Source: an uncultured Alphaproteobacteria bacterium
Lineage (GTDB): Bacteria; Pseudomonadota; Alphaproteobacteria; Rhodospirillales; Defluviicoccaceae
Reading direction: 5' to 3'
Length of the DNA stretch: 24,000 bases
Assembly (NCBI GenBank): GCA_963771545.1
Contig: CAVYTX010000003.1
Coordinates: 814,971-838,970 of the forward strand
In this document: one piece after another, positions 1 to 8,842 of the stretch
Numbering within the stretch: the first letter of the stretch is position 1
Layout of the letters: the number at the start of each line of letters is the position of its first letter
Notes under the pieces: model-generated
What the model was told of the DNA's origin: nothing
What the model saw: the letters and a program-made list of their open reading frames with translations, nothing else
The model's database searches: none
Position numbers and translations under genes: made by a program

Positions 1-611
1 CTCTGCGGACGCTGCAGAATGATCGTCTTATCGGGTTTGGCGTCCGAAAGCTCGATGGCGCCGTCGAGCAGCGGCTTGTATTTGATCGTCTTGGCGCCTT
101 CGATGCCACACGAGGCCGAAACGATCACCCTCGGTTTTGCGTCGTTAATGCGCACCGCCAACTCGTTGGCGGCGAAACCGCCGAAGACGACCGAGTGCAC
201 GGCGCCGATCCGAGCGCACGCCAGCATGGCAATGGCGGCTTCCGGCACCATCGGCATGTAGACGATCACCCGGTCGCCCTTGCCGACGCCCTGAGCCGCG
301 AGCAGTCCGGCAAATTTGGCGACTTCGTCGCGTAGTTCGCGGAAGGTATATTTGCGCACGGTGTTGCCGGTGACCGGGCTGTCATAGATCAGGGCCAGGC
401 GGTCGCCGTGTCCGGCGTCCACGTGACGGTCCAGCGCGTTGTGACAGGTGTTGACGACGGCGCCCTTGTACCAGCGGTAGAAGGGCTTATTGGAGTCGTC
501 GAGCACCTTGTCCCATTTCTTGATCCAATCGATCTCCTCGGCCGCGTCGCCCCAAAAACCTTCCGGGTCTTGTATCGACCGGTTATATGCTTGTTCGTAA
601 GGTCCGCTCAT
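1..611 (-). CDS. prpE: Propionate--CoA ligase-like acyl-CoA synthetase (Acs/PrpE family), N-terminal ~203 codons; the 3' part lies outside the window
   Basis: Absent from the ORF track because it has no stop codon in the window. Reverse-complement translation from the ATG at 611..609 gives MSGPYEQAYNRSIQDPEGFWGDAAEEIDWIKKWDKVLDDSNKPFYRWYKGAVVNTCHNALDRHV...MLACARIGAVHSVVFGGFAANELAVRINDAKPRVIVSAS. This is colinear with the N-terminus of E. coli PrpE as I recall it. A GGAGGA Shine-Dalgarno lies a few nt upstream (rc of cttcctcc at 612..619). Confidence 0.8.
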   Translation of the reverse strand, partial: MSGPYEQAYNRSIQDPEGFWGDAAEEIDWIKKWDKVLDDSNKPFYRWYKGAVVNTCHNALDRHVDAGHGDRLALIYDSPVTGNTVRKYTFRELRDEVAKFAGLLAAQGVGKGDRVIVYMPMVPEAAIAMLACARIGAVHSVVFGGFAANELAVRINDAKPRVIVSASCGIEGAKTIKYKPLLDGAIELSDAKPDKTIILQRPQ

Positions 612-804
612 CTTCCTCCCCTTCATCCTGGTTGGAGTTGTTGTCCCGTCTCAATTTAATCGGACGGGGTTGACCCGCATCTTCGCGCGATCCGGAGTTT
701 GTTGCAAATTGGCATTTTTTGCAAAGCCGGATTATGGCAATCTGCCACCCTCTCACGGGAACCCATGACAGCTGCAAAAAGCCAAGGAAACCGGTCAACG
801 CCCT

Positions 805-2451
805 ATGAACGCCAGCACCCCACCTGTCAACCCTTTCGAAACCGATCTCGGTATGAACCCGGCCAATCACGCGGCCTTGACGCCCCTCGGTTTCATCGAG
901 CGGACGGCCGAGGTCCATCCCCGGCATCCCTCGGTCATTCATGGATCGCGACGATTTACGTGGTCGGAAACCTATTCCCGATGCCGGCGGCTGGCCTCCG
1001 CCCTGACCGCGCGCGGGGTGGGGGACGGCGATACGGTGGCGATCATGGCCGCCAACACGCCCGAACTGTACGAGGCTCATTTCGGCGTGCCGATGACGGG
1101 CGCGGTCCTGAATGCACTCAATACCCGGGCGGACCCGGGCACCCTCGCGTTCTCGCTCAATCACGGCGGCGCCCGGGTGCTGATTACCGACCGGGAGTTC
1201 GCGGAAGTCATCGAACCGGCGCTGAAACAGGTCCGGCGCGAGATCGTCGTCATCGACATCGACGATCCGGATGCCCGGGTCCGGGGCGCGTCGTTGGGTG
1301 AAATGGATTACGAGGCTTTTCTCGCCACGGGGGATCCGGCGTTCGCGTGGCGTCCGCCGCCCGATGAATGGCAAGCGATCAGCCTGAACTACACCTCTGG
1401 CACCACCGGCGATCCGAAGGGTGTCGTCTATCACCATCGCGGCGCGTACCTGCTCGCGATGGGCAATGTTCTCGCGTGGGACTTGGCCCATCATCCGGTC
1501 TATCTTTGGACGCTGCCCATGTTCCACTGCAACGGATGGTGTTTTCCATGGACCATGGCGGCGATCGCCGGAACCAGCGTCTGCCTGCGCCAGGTCACCG
1601 GCGAAGCCGTTTACGCCGCCCTATCCGAACACAAGGTCACCCATTTCTGCGGCGCGCCCATTGTATTGAGCATGGTCGTCAATGCCGCCGAAAATGAACG
1701 CCGGCCCTTTGACCATGAGGTGAAGGTGATGACCGCCGCGGCGCCGCCACCCGCGTCCACCTTGGAAGCCATGCAGCGGATGGGTTTCAAGGTGACCCAT
1801 GTCTACGGCCTGACCGAGGTCTATGGACCCGCCGTGGTGTGCTCCTGGCAAGACGATTGGAACGAGTTGCCCATCGAGCGGCAGGCATCCCTGAACGCGC
1901 GCCAGGGTGTCCGCTATCACGTGCTCGAGGGCCTGTCGGTGATGGATCCCGAGACCATGCGGCCGGTTCCCGCCGATGGCGAGACGCTTGGCGAGGTGAT
2001 GTTTCGCGGCAACGTGGTGATGAAAGGGTATCTGAAGAACAAGGCCGCCACCGACGACGCATTTGCCGGCGGCTGGTTTCATTCCGGCGATTTGGGCGTG
2101 ATGCACCCCGATGGATACATCCAACTAAAGGACCGGTCGAAGGATATCATCATTTCCGGCGGCGAGAACATATCGTCGATCGAAGTCGAAAACGTTCTGC
2201 ATCGCCACCCGGCGGTCGCCATCGCCGCCGTCGTGGCCAAACCCGATCCGAAATGGGGTGAAACGCCCTGCGCCTTCATCGAACTCAAGCCCGCGACTGG
2301 AAACGTGAGCGCCGAGGACATCATCGGCTATTGCCGGGACAACCTCGCGCACTACAAATGTCCCAAGGCGGTCGTGTTCGGGGAGATCCCAAAAACGTCA
2401 ACGGGTAAGATCCAGAAGTTCAAGCTCCGGGAGAGAGCGCGAAGCTCCTGA
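805..2451 (+). CDS. AMP-dependent acyl-CoA synthetase/ligase (short/medium-chain fatty-acid--CoA ligase family)
   Basis: 548-aa ORF. It carries the AMP-binding signature LNYTSGTTGDPKGVVYHHRGAY, then YGLTE, GWFHSGDLG, DRSKDIIISGGENISS and the C-terminal PKTSTGKIQKF lysine motif. It is divergent from the prpE-like gene. Confidence 0.9.
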   Translation: MNASTPPVNPFETDLGMNPANHAALTPLGFIERTAEVHPRHPSVIHGSRRFTWSETYSRCRRLASALTARGVGDGDTVAIMAANTPELYEAHFGVPMTGAVLNALNTRADPGTLAFSLNHGGARVLITDREFAEVIEPALKQVRREIVVIDIDDPDARVRGASLGEMDYEAFLATGDPAFAWRPPPDEWQAISLNYTSGTTGDPKGVVYHHRGAYLLAMGNVLAWDLAHHPVYLWTLPMFHCNGWCFPWTMAAIAGTSVCLRQVTGEAVYAALSEHKVTHFCGAPIVLSMVVNAAENERRPFDHEVKVMTAAAPPPASTLEAMQRMGFKVTHVYGLTEVYGPAVVCSWQDDWNELPIERQASLNARQGVRYHVLEGLSVMDPETMRPVPADGETLGEVMFRGNVVMKGYLKNKAATDDAFAGGWFHSGDLGVMHPDGYIQLKDRSKDIIISGGENISSIEVENVLHRHPAVAIAAVVAKPDPKWGETPCAFIELKPATGNVSAEDIIGYCRDNLAHYKCPKAVVFGEIPKTSTGKIQKFKLRERARSS

Positions 2452-2564
2452 GCCGGGCCCATTGGAGCCGCGCGGCGACTCCAGAGAACCGGCGGACACA
2501 AACCCGCGCCCGCCGGATGCCTCCCACGGAGGATCCGGCGGGGAGTTGTTTCGCCGTCAGGCCG

Positions 2565-2735
2565 TTATTGTTTAGCGGATAAGTTAGCGAGTTCGTCCTT
2601 GATTTGGAGCTTTTGCTTCTTGAGTCTTATGATTTCAAAATCATCTGGATGCGGTCGGTTGTTTTCTTCTTCAAGCGCGATTTCGAGGGCATTATGCTTG
2701 GCTTTAAGCGCCTCAATCCTCTCGTGCAAACTCAT
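2565..2735 (-). CDS. DUF465 (YdcH-like) small protein, 56 aa
   Basis: Below the ORF-track length cutoff. The rc translation is MSLHERIEALKAKHNALEIALEEENNRPHPDDFEIIRLKKQKLQIKDELANLSAKQ*, with the RPxPDDxxIxxLKKxKLxLKDE pattern I associate with DUF465. A GGAGGA SD lies 7 nt upstream of the ATG (rc of tcctcc near 2743..2748). GC content is much lower than in the neighbouring genes. Confidence 0.75.
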   Translation of the reverse strand: MSLHERIEALKAKHNALEIALEEENNRPHPDDFEIIRLKKQKLQIKDELANLSAKQ

Positions 2736-2952
2736 GGCTAATATCCTCCGCTATAACCAGACTTTCATAATAGACGAACACACCCGAAATTGCCAATGCC
2801 GAGGCGCACCATTCCGCCAACGCAACGGCGCTTTGGCCGGCCCGTTCGACGATTTGAGCGTGGACGATAACGGTGGGCCATCGCGCGGTCCTTTTTGGCG
2901 TGAGAAACAAGGGCGGTACTCTTCACCTGTGGTTTTTTGATGGTGCGGCGAC

Positions 2953-2980
2953 TTGCGCGGAGCGCCCACTTCCATATAAT
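2953..2980 (+). promoter_or_regulatory. Putative sigma70-type promoter for purE (TTGCGC-N16-TATAAT)
   Basis: TTGCGC at 2953..2958 and TATAAT at 2975..2980 are separated by a 16-nt spacer, about 60 nt upstream of the purE ATG. This is a pattern match only. Confidence 0.35.
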
Positions 2981-3040
2981 CCGCCGCTTTTCCGGCCCCG
3001 GTAGCGATACCACCAGATCACGGAACAAGGAACTCGGCGC

Positions 3041-3538
3041 ATGCCAGCCACACCCCCCGTCGTCGCCATCATCATGGGCAGCCAGTCGGATTGGAGAACC
3101 ATGCGCCACTCTGGCGAAACATTGGACCATCTGCATATTCCTTGGGAGGCGCGGGTCACATCCGCCCACCGTACGCCCGACCGGTTGAACGAGTACGTCG
3201 GCTCGGCCAAGTCCAAGGGATTCAAGGTGATCATCGCGGGCGCCGGCATGGCGGCGGCCTTGCCCGGAGCGGCCGCGGCCATCAGCCCTTTGCCGGTGCT
3301 CGGCGTGCCCATGGACGGCAAGTTGATGGGTGGGCTCGATGCGGTCCTCGCGATGGTTCAGATGCCCGCCGGCATACCGGTCGGCACGGTGGCGGTCGGA
3401 CGCTCCGGCGCGGTGAACGCGGCCTTGTTGGCGGCCGCGATCCTGGCCCTTTCCGATCCCGATCTCGCCCACCGTCTTGACGCGTTCCGGGAGGCTCAAA
3501 CGGCCGCCGTTCCGGTGGACCCGGCGGATGGGTCGTGA
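3041..3538 (+). CDS. purE: N5-carboxyaminoimidazole ribonucleotide mutase (PurE, class I-like), variant motif
   Basis: 165 aa. Motifs present: [61 protein letters not shown]. The usually conserved AGGAAHLPG reads AGMAAALPG here (see findings). Confidence 0.88.
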   Translation: MPATPPVVAIIMGSQSDWRTMRHSGETLDHLHIPWEARVTSAHRTPDRLNEYVGSAKSKGFKVIIAGAGMAAALPGAAAAISPLPVLGVPMDGKLMGGLDAVLAMVQMPAGIPVGTVAVGRSGAVNAALLAAAILALSDPDLAHRLDAFREAQTAAVPVDPADGS

Positions 3539-4368
3539 ACGATTGCGGCGAACCCATTGAGATCGGCGATGAAGCGCCGGGGCTGGCAGACGTGCGGTGA
3601 GTGATCCGCGCCTTCGTAGATCACAAGCGTTGCCTTCGGCACCGACCGCTCGACGTACCGTGCCGTCGCGACGCCGTAGTAGTTGCTCTCCGAGCCGTAC
3701 ACCAGAAGCGCCGGCACGGTGATGTTCGGCAGGACCAGCCGGTAGTCGGCCTCGATCAGACTCTTCCAGGTGGCCAGGAGGGGCCTGGGATCCACCGACG
3801 CCAGATACGCGCGCAGCCGCTTGGTGCCCGGGCCGTCGGCTTCATAGCTCTCTCGGGCCTGGCGATTGTGTCCGAACGCGATCAATCGCAAGACGGTTTC
3901 CACGAAGTCCGTCTCCAGCGCGGCCACGAACGCGGCGTCGCGTTCACGCGGCCAATCTCCGTAGATGCCCATGCTCCAGGTCGCGTCGGTCAACAAACGA
4001 GGCGACTGGTCGATCACGCATATTTTTGAGAGCCGATGGCAGCCATGGTGGTGAATGTACTCCCACAGGGTCAGCGCTCCCATGGATGCGCCGACGACGA
4101 TCGGCCGTTCCAGGTCCAGATGATCCATCAGGGCGGCCAGATCCTTGGCCATGCGCGAAACCGTTGGCGCCTCGGAACCCAGGATGGGATGGCCGCCATG
4201 ACCGCGCGCGTCCCAGCGGACCACGGTGAAATCCTCCCGCAGAATGCCGGCCAGGGGTTCCCAGATGCGATGGCTGGATCCCCACTCGTGAAGGAGAACG
4301 AGAGGCGGGCCCGACCCGGATAGCCGGTAGAAAAGGTGCTCGCCGTCGTCGGTCACGAAGTATTGCAT
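3496..4368 (-). CDS. Alpha/beta-fold hydrolase
   Basis: 290 aa. It has [10 protein letters not shown] near the N-terminus, the nucleophile elbow GASMG, and a C-terminal GADHSPH catalytic His region. Its 3' end overlaps the convergent purE 3' end by 43 nt. Confidence 0.8.
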   Translation of the reverse strand: MQYFVTDDGEHLFYRLSGSGPPLVLLHEWGSSHRIWEPLAGILREDFTVVRWDARGHGGHPILGSEAPTVSRMAKDLAALMDHLDLERPIVVGASMGALTLWEYIHHHGCHRLSKICVIDQSPRLLTDATWSMGIYGDWPRERDAAFVAALETDFVETVLRLIAFGHNRQARESYEADGPGTKRLRAYLASVDPRPLLATWKSLIEADYRLVLPNITVPALLVYGSESNYYGVATARYVERSVPKATLVIYEGADHSPHVCQPRRFIADLNGFAAIVHDPSAGSTGTAAV

Positions 4369-4437
4369 GGAGATCGCTTTTTTCCGCTATCGATACGACT
4401 GTAGACCAGCCGGCCTCCGATTTGCCATATAAGAGCC

Positions 4438-5376
4438 ATGACGGGGGCAGTTGCAATGCAGCAGGATCGGCAGATGACGAACACAGGATATATCCGACTG
4501 GAGGATCGCGGCGTTCTCGAAATCGCAGGCGAGGACGCCCGTGAATTTTTGCAAGGGCTGATTTCCAACGATGTCCATAAGGTTGCCGCCGGCGCCGCCG
4601 TCTACGCGGCGTTCCTCACGCCGCAAGGTAAGTATCTCCACGATTTTTTCATTGCCGAGCTCGGTGGCGCCCTGTTGCTGGACTGCGAGAAGGAGCGGCT
4701 AGCCGACCTGAAACGTCGGCTGGGCATGTACCGGTTGCGTTCGAAAGTCACGCTTTCGGATCGGACAGAGGACTTTGTGGTTGCCGCGTTGATCGGAGAC
4801 GGGATCGCCGAGAATTTGGGTTTGCCACCCGGACAGACGGGAGCCGCCGTTCCCTTGGGTCAGGGGATCGCTTATGCGGATCCCCGCCTCCCGGCCATCG
4901 GTATCCGGGTTGTTCTACCCAGGGACGGCGCGGCCGCCGTACTGGAGGGCGCCGGGTTGGCGGCCCTCGACCGAACGGATTACGACCAACTCCGCATTCG
5001 GCTTGGACTTCCCGACGGCAGCCGGGACATGCAGGTGGAGAGAGCGATCCTGCTCGAGAGCGGGTTCGACGAACTCCACGGGATCGATTGGGACAAAGGC
5101 TGTTATCTCGGGCAGGAACTGACCGCGAGAACCAAGTACAGGGGACTGATCAGGAAGCGATTGATGCCGGTCGAAGTGGACGGCCCCATGCCGCCGCCTG
5201 GAACCTCCGTAATTCTCGAAGACAAGGAAGTGGGCGAGATCCGCTCCGGAAGCGGCGGTGTCGCCATCGCATTGATGAGATTGGAGGTCCTGGAACATGC
5301 TCCGGAGATGCGCCCGGTGTTGTTGGCGGGACGCGCGGAGATCACGCCGTTCAAACCGCAGTGGGCGAAATTCTAG
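4438..5376 (+). CDS. ygfZ: YgfZ/CAF17-family folate-binding protein (GcvT-like, Fe-S cluster maintenance)
   Basis: 312-aa ORF containing the family signature WDKGCYLGQELTARTKYRG. The start is uncertain; in-frame ATGs at 4456 and 4474 (MTNTGYIRLEDRG) are alternatives. Confidence 0.8.
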   Translation: MTGAVAMQQDRQMTNTGYIRLEDRGVLEIAGEDAREFLQGLISNDVHKVAAGAAVYAAFLTPQGKYLHDFFIAELGGALLLDCEKERLADLKRRLGMYRLRSKVTLSDRTEDFVVAALIGDGIAENLGLPPGQTGAAVPLGQGIAYADPRLPAIGIRVVLPRDGAAAVLEGAGLAALDRTDYDQLRIRLGLPDGSRDMQVERAILLESGFDELHGIDWDKGCYLGQELTARTKYRGLIRKRLMPVEVDGPMPPPGTSVILEDKEVGEIRSGSGGVAIALMRLEVLEHAPEMRPVLLAGRAEITPFKPQWAKF

Positions 5377-5425
5377 AACAGCGAACGGAGCGGGGATGCC
5401 TCCGTCGGCGACCCGCCGCCGCCCG

Positions 5426-5710
5426 CTAAGCCGCCTTGGCCCTCTGGATGCGCTTCTTGAGACGCCGTAACTCGGGCGTCAGGCCAATGCTTTTGGCATC
5501 GAGCAGGAACGCGTCCAGGCCGCCTTTATGTTCGATGGTTCTGAGTGCGTTGGCGGACACGCGCAACCGCACCATCGTACCAAGCGACTCGCTCAGCACC
5601 GACGTCGCCTGCAAATTGGGCAGGAACCGGCGGCGGGTCTTATTGTGGGCGTGACTGACGTTGTTTCCAGTGAGAACACCCTTTCCGGTGAGGCCGCAGC
5701 GCCTGGCCAT
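5426..5710 (-). CDS. rpmB: 50S ribosomal protein L28
   Basis: 94 aa: [34 protein letters not shown]... is a typical L28 N-terminus. An AGGAGG SD (rc of cctcct at 5721..5726) precedes the start. Confidence 0.95.
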   Translation of the reverse strand: MARRCGLTGKGVLTGNNVSHAHNKTRRRFLPNLQATSVLSESLGTMVRLRVSANALRTIEHKGGLDAFLLDAKSIGLTPELRRLKKRIQRAKAA

Positions 5711-5834
5711 TTCGTTATTCCTCCTGAACGGTAGACGGGCTGAAGGGTAAACGGGGCCGCTTCGGCTCCGCGAAGAGCCGTTTTTCTAAGCGATCGCGCC
5801 CCGTTTCGTCAAGAGCGGCGGAATGGGAACCGCT

Positions 5835-7049
5835 TTATCCGCGGCGCTTTTGCAGGTTTTGGTCCAGCTTGTCGAGGAACTGCTGGGTGGTCATCCACGG
5901 CTGGTCGGGACCGATGAGAAGCGCCAGATCCTTGGTCATATCGCCGCTTTCCACGGTATCGACGCAAACGGCCTCGAGGTCGCGAGCGAACTCGACGACG
6001 TCGGGGGTTTCGTCGAAGAGGCCCCGATAGTGAAGTCCGCGGGTCCACGCGAAAATGGACGCAATCGGATTGGTCGAGGTTTCCTTGCCCTGCTGGTGCA
6101 TGCGGTAATGGCGGGTGACGGTGCCGTGGGCCGCCTCGGCCTCGACCGTGTGGCCATCGGGGGTCATCAACACCGAAGTCATCAAGCCCAGCGACCCAAA
6201 ACCTTGCGCCACCGTGTCCGACTGCACATCACCGTCGTAGTTCTTACAAGCCCAGACGAAACCGCCCTCCCATTTGAGCGCCGCGGCGACCATGTCGTCG
6301 ATCAGCCGGTGCTCATAGGTGATCCCCTTGGCCTTATACTTTTCGGCGAACTCGGCGGCGAATACCTCCTGGAACAGGTCCTTGAAGCGGCCGTCGTAGG
6401 CCTTGAGAATGGTGTTCTTGGTGGAAAGGTACACCGGCCAGCCGAGATCGAGGCCGTAGTTCAAGCATGCCCGGGCAAATCCCCGGATGGATTCGTCCAG
6501 GTTGTACATGGCCATGGTGACGCCGCTGCCCGGGAAATCGAATACCTCGTGCTCGATCGGGGCCCCGCCGCCGTCCGGAACGAACTTGATGGTGAGTTTG
6601 CCGGCGCCCGGAATCACGAAATCCGTGGCCCGGTACTGATCGCCGAACGCGTGACGGCCGATGACGATGGGCTTCGTCCATCCCGGAACCAGGCGAGGAA
6701 CGTTCTTACAAATGATGGGCTGGCGAAAAACAGTGCCGCCGAGAATATTGCGGATGGTGCCGTTGGGCGACCGCCACATCTGTTTCAGGTCGAACTCCTC
6801 GACCCGCGCCTCGTCGGGCGTGATGGTGGCGCACTTGACGCCCACGCCATACTGTTTGATGGCATTGGCCGCGTCGACGGTGATCTGGTCGTGGGTTTCG
6901 TCCCGTTTTTCGACGCTGAGGTCATAGTACTTCAGGTCGATGTCGAGATAGGGGAGGATCAGTTTTTCCTTGATGAACGCCCAAATGATCCGCGTCATCT
7001 CGTCGCCGTCGAGTTCGACGACCGGATTTTTCACCTTGATTTTCGCCAT
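5835..7049 (-). CDS. icd: NADP-dependent isocitrate dehydrogenase (homodimeric, eukaryote-like subfamily)
   Basis: 404 aa: [23 protein letters not shown]...[15 protein letters not shown]...[16 protein letters not shown]...YDGDVQSD. The match runs full length. Confidence 0.95.
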   Translation of the reverse strand: MAKIKVKNPVVELDGDEMTRIIWAFIKEKLILPYLDIDLKYYDLSVEKRDETHDQITVDAANAIKQYGVGVKCATITPDEARVEEFDLKQMWRSPNGTIRNILGGTVFRQPIICKNVPRLVPGWTKPIVIGRHAFGDQYRATDFVIPGAGKLTIKFVPDGGGAPIEHEVFDFPGSGVTMAMYNLDESIRGFARACLNYGLDLGWPVYLSTKNTILKAYDGRFKDLFQEVFAAEFAEKYKAKGITYEHRLIDDMVAAALKWEGGFVWACKNYDGDVQSDTVAQGFGSLGLMTSVLMTPDGHTVEAEAAHGTVTRHYRMHQQGKETSTNPIASIFAWTRGLHYRGLFDETPDVVEFARDLEAVCVDTVESGDMTKDLALLIGPDQPWMTTQQFLDKLDQNLQKRRG

Positions 7050-7143
7050 TCCGTCAATCTCCCGCCTCTATCGGTGAGCGTTGGTATTACGCAGCCGAAC
7101 CGGTTTTGGCAAGGTCGGCGGACACGGAGGATAGCCGCGACGA

Positions 7144-7728
7144 TCACAAATGGCTGGTCAGCACCTCTTCCTTGGTTTCCGGAGCCGCCTCCAGGGCCGG
7201 GAACACCTCCTCGGGCGTGGAAACGAAGGTGAAGAGCTCGGCGACGGCTGGATGGGCGAATTCCCCGGCGATGATGGCCTCGATCAGGGCTTTCAAGGGG
7301 TTCCAGTACCCGCCGGCGTCGAGAACGACAATCGGCGCGTTGTGCAGACGAAGCTGCTTCCAGGTGACGATTTCGAAGGTCTCGTCCAGGGTTCCCAGTC
7401 CGCCGGGCAGGGCGACGAAGCCGTCGGCCATTTCGAACATCCGCCGTTTGCGATCGTGCATGCTATCCGTGACCACCAGGTCCGTCAGCCGCCGATGGCC
7501 GACCTCGCATCTCATCAGGAATTCGGGAATGACGCCAACCGCTTCCCCGCCCGCTTCCAGGACGGCGTCGGCGACGACCCCCATCAGGCCGATGGAGCCG
7601 GCGCCGAACACCAGGCGAACGCCGCGCTCCGCGATGATGCGGCCCAAGCGCCCCGCCGCCTCCCGGTAGGCGGGATCGTTTCCTAGCCGGGAGCCGCACA
7701 AAACACACAGGGAGCGAATTTGGCTCAT
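7144..7728 (-). CDS. LOG-family protein (TIGR00730; cytokinin riboside 5'-monophosphate phosphoribohydrolase-like)
   Basis: 194 aa with the GAGSIGLMG and PGGLGTLDE (PGGxGTxxE) motifs. Confidence 0.85.
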   Translation of the reverse strand: MSQIRSLCVLCGSRLGNDPAYREAAGRLGRIIAERGVRLVFGAGSIGLMGVVADAVLEAGGEAVGVIPEFLMRCEVGHRRLTDLVVTDSMHDRKRRMFEMADGFVALPGGLGTLDETFEIVTWKQLRLHNAPIVVLDAGGYWNPLKALIEAIIAGEFAHPAVAELFTFVSTPEEVFPALEAAPETKEEVLTSHL

Positions 7729-7875
7729 TCAGACGTCCTCGCAGTTGCCGTGGTCTGGAGTTCGCGAACCTGTTTACCCGGAACGTCGCCACCAACTCAA
7801 TCTTGCGTTGACGAACGCGGCCCGATTGACCATGTCACTGCAAACACCATTCAGGTCATATCAGGGGAGATCCTC

Positions 7876-8085
7876 ATGTCCGATCGCGTTTACAAAAAGG
7901 TGGAACTCGTCGGCACGTCGGAAATCGGCATCGAAGACGCCATTTCCAATGCCGTCGCCACGGCCGCCCAGACACTTGAGCACATTGACTGGTTCGAAGT
8001 CATCGAAACCCGCGGCCATGTCAACGACGGCAAGGTGGCCCACTATCAGGTCGTCATCAAGGTGGGGTTCAGGCTGGACCGGTAG
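7876..8085 (+). CDS. Dodecin-family (flavin-binding) small protein, 69 aa
   Basis: MSDRVYKKVELVGTSEIGIEDAISNAVATAAQTLEHIDWFEVIETRGHVNDGKVAHYQVVIKVGFRLDR. A GGGGAGA SD lies 6 nt upstream of the ATG at 7876. The ORF-track entry 7720..8085 starts too early. Confidence 0.75.
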   Translation: MSDRVYKKVELVGTSEIGIEDAISNAVATAAQTLEHIDWFEVIETRGHVNDGKVAHYQVVIKVGFRLDR

Positions 8086-8819
8086 GGCGGGGACGTTGAT
8101 ATCAGTGGCCGAGTTCGAAACGCATAGAGTCGCCGGTAAAAAGGCTTGCAGGCTTCAGCGACGGGTCGCAAGGCATCTGAAACGGCCGGAATTTCGGGGC
8201 GATAAGGGGCGAAGCCGGTGGATGTCTCCACGCTGCCATACCAATGATCGGCCCAGACGCCGTCCGTCGGCCTCCGCCCCGGTGGCCAATTCAGCATTGT
8301 TTCCGAGAACGTCACCCCGACCGCATCACATACAAGTCCCAGCACGCGCCGGGGGTTCTGCAGAACGTCGCGGCTGTCCAAGACGGGCGGCACGCGGCCC
8401 GTGCGTGAGTGCACGAGGTCGAAGATCTCCATCTGTTGGGGGAAGCCGAGATCATGGATGGTGGGGTTGGGGCGGGTGCGGGCGTAGGAAGCCGCCACCT
8501 CCCGAGGGTCGCGGATCAGAAAGCAGTTGACGACCTTGTCCAGCCATTCGCGATCGATCTCCGGTAGCAGATGAAGGGTCATATGTTTTTGGTAGAAAAC
8601 GCTCTTGCCATTGGGGATGGGGCCGGTCAACGCGGCGATTACCTTGCGCCAGTCCGTTTCCTGGCTGGCGATGACGTCGTCTCGTCCGGGATGGTCCAAC
8701 CCGGTCTTGAGAAGATAGTGGCCATAAAGGGGCTCGTCACAGACAACGGTATCCGAGCGGTTTTCCCACGCGCGCATCATCGCCGTCGAGATATTGCGCG
8801 GCCCCGACCACATGGCCAT
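8046..8819 (-). CDS. Sulfotransferase-like / P-loop-like protein of unknown function
   Basis: Sequence is MAMWSGPRNISTAMMRAWENRSDTVVCDEPLYGHYL...FLIRDPREVAASY. I place the start at the ATG at 8819..8817 because a GGAGGG SD lies 7 nt upstream. The ORF track extends it to 8870, which would overlap the upstream gene. The 3' end overlaps convergent dodecin by 40 nt. Confidence 0.6.
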   Translation of the reverse strand: MAMWSGPRNISTAMMRAWENRSDTVVCDEPLYGHYLLKTGLDHPGRDDVIASQETDWRKVIAALTGPIPNGKSVFYQKHMTLHLLPEIDREWLDKVVNCFLIRDPREVAASYARTRPNPTIHDLGFPQQMEIFDLVHSRTGRVPPVLDSRDVLQNPRRVLGLVCDAVGVTFSETMLNWPPGRRPTDGVWADHWYGSVETSTGFAPYRPEIPAVSDALRPVAEACKPFYRRLYAFRTRPLISTSPPYRSSLNPTLMTT

Positions 8820-8842
8820 TCGCAAACCCTCCATCATGGTGT

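Noticed and set aside
709-725. Possible sigma54 promoter (TGGCAT...TTGCA) upstream of the second acyl-CoA ligase, attractive because some prp operons are sigma54/PrpR-dependent
   Set aside because: The GG-to-GC spacing is two nucleotides shorter than the invariant -24/-12 spacing (TGGCAC-N5-TTGC). No PrpR-like activator gene is in the window.
583-1527. 314-aa minus-strand ORF, and the 699..1301 plus-strand ORF
   Set aside because: Both are Arg/Gly/Pro-rich. They overlap the well-supported acyl-CoA ligase (805..2451) and run through the promoter spacer. They have no family resemblance.
2736-3040. Riboswitch (purine or ZTP/pfl) in the 305-nt spacer upstream of purE, and a weak hairpin plus T5 near 2876..2900
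   Set aside because: I could not find the conserved cores I remember for these classes (for example the CCGCCTGGGC-like 3' element of ZTP). The hairpin is only 5 bp including a G-U pair.
3496-3538. Convergent 3'-end overlaps (purE/hydrolase 43 nt; dodecin/sulfotransferase-like 40 nt at 8046..8085) as possible antisense regulation
   Set aside because: Stop codons are rare in GC-rich DNA, so C-terminal read-on and tail-to-tail overlap are common. Nothing else suggests a function.
5823-7232. 469-aa plus-strand ORF, the longest in this part of the track
   Set aside because: It lies entirely antisense to the full-length, unmistakable icd gene. Its sequence is Gly/Arg/Val/Leu-rich with no recognisable motifs, so it is a typical shadow ORF of GC-rich DNA.
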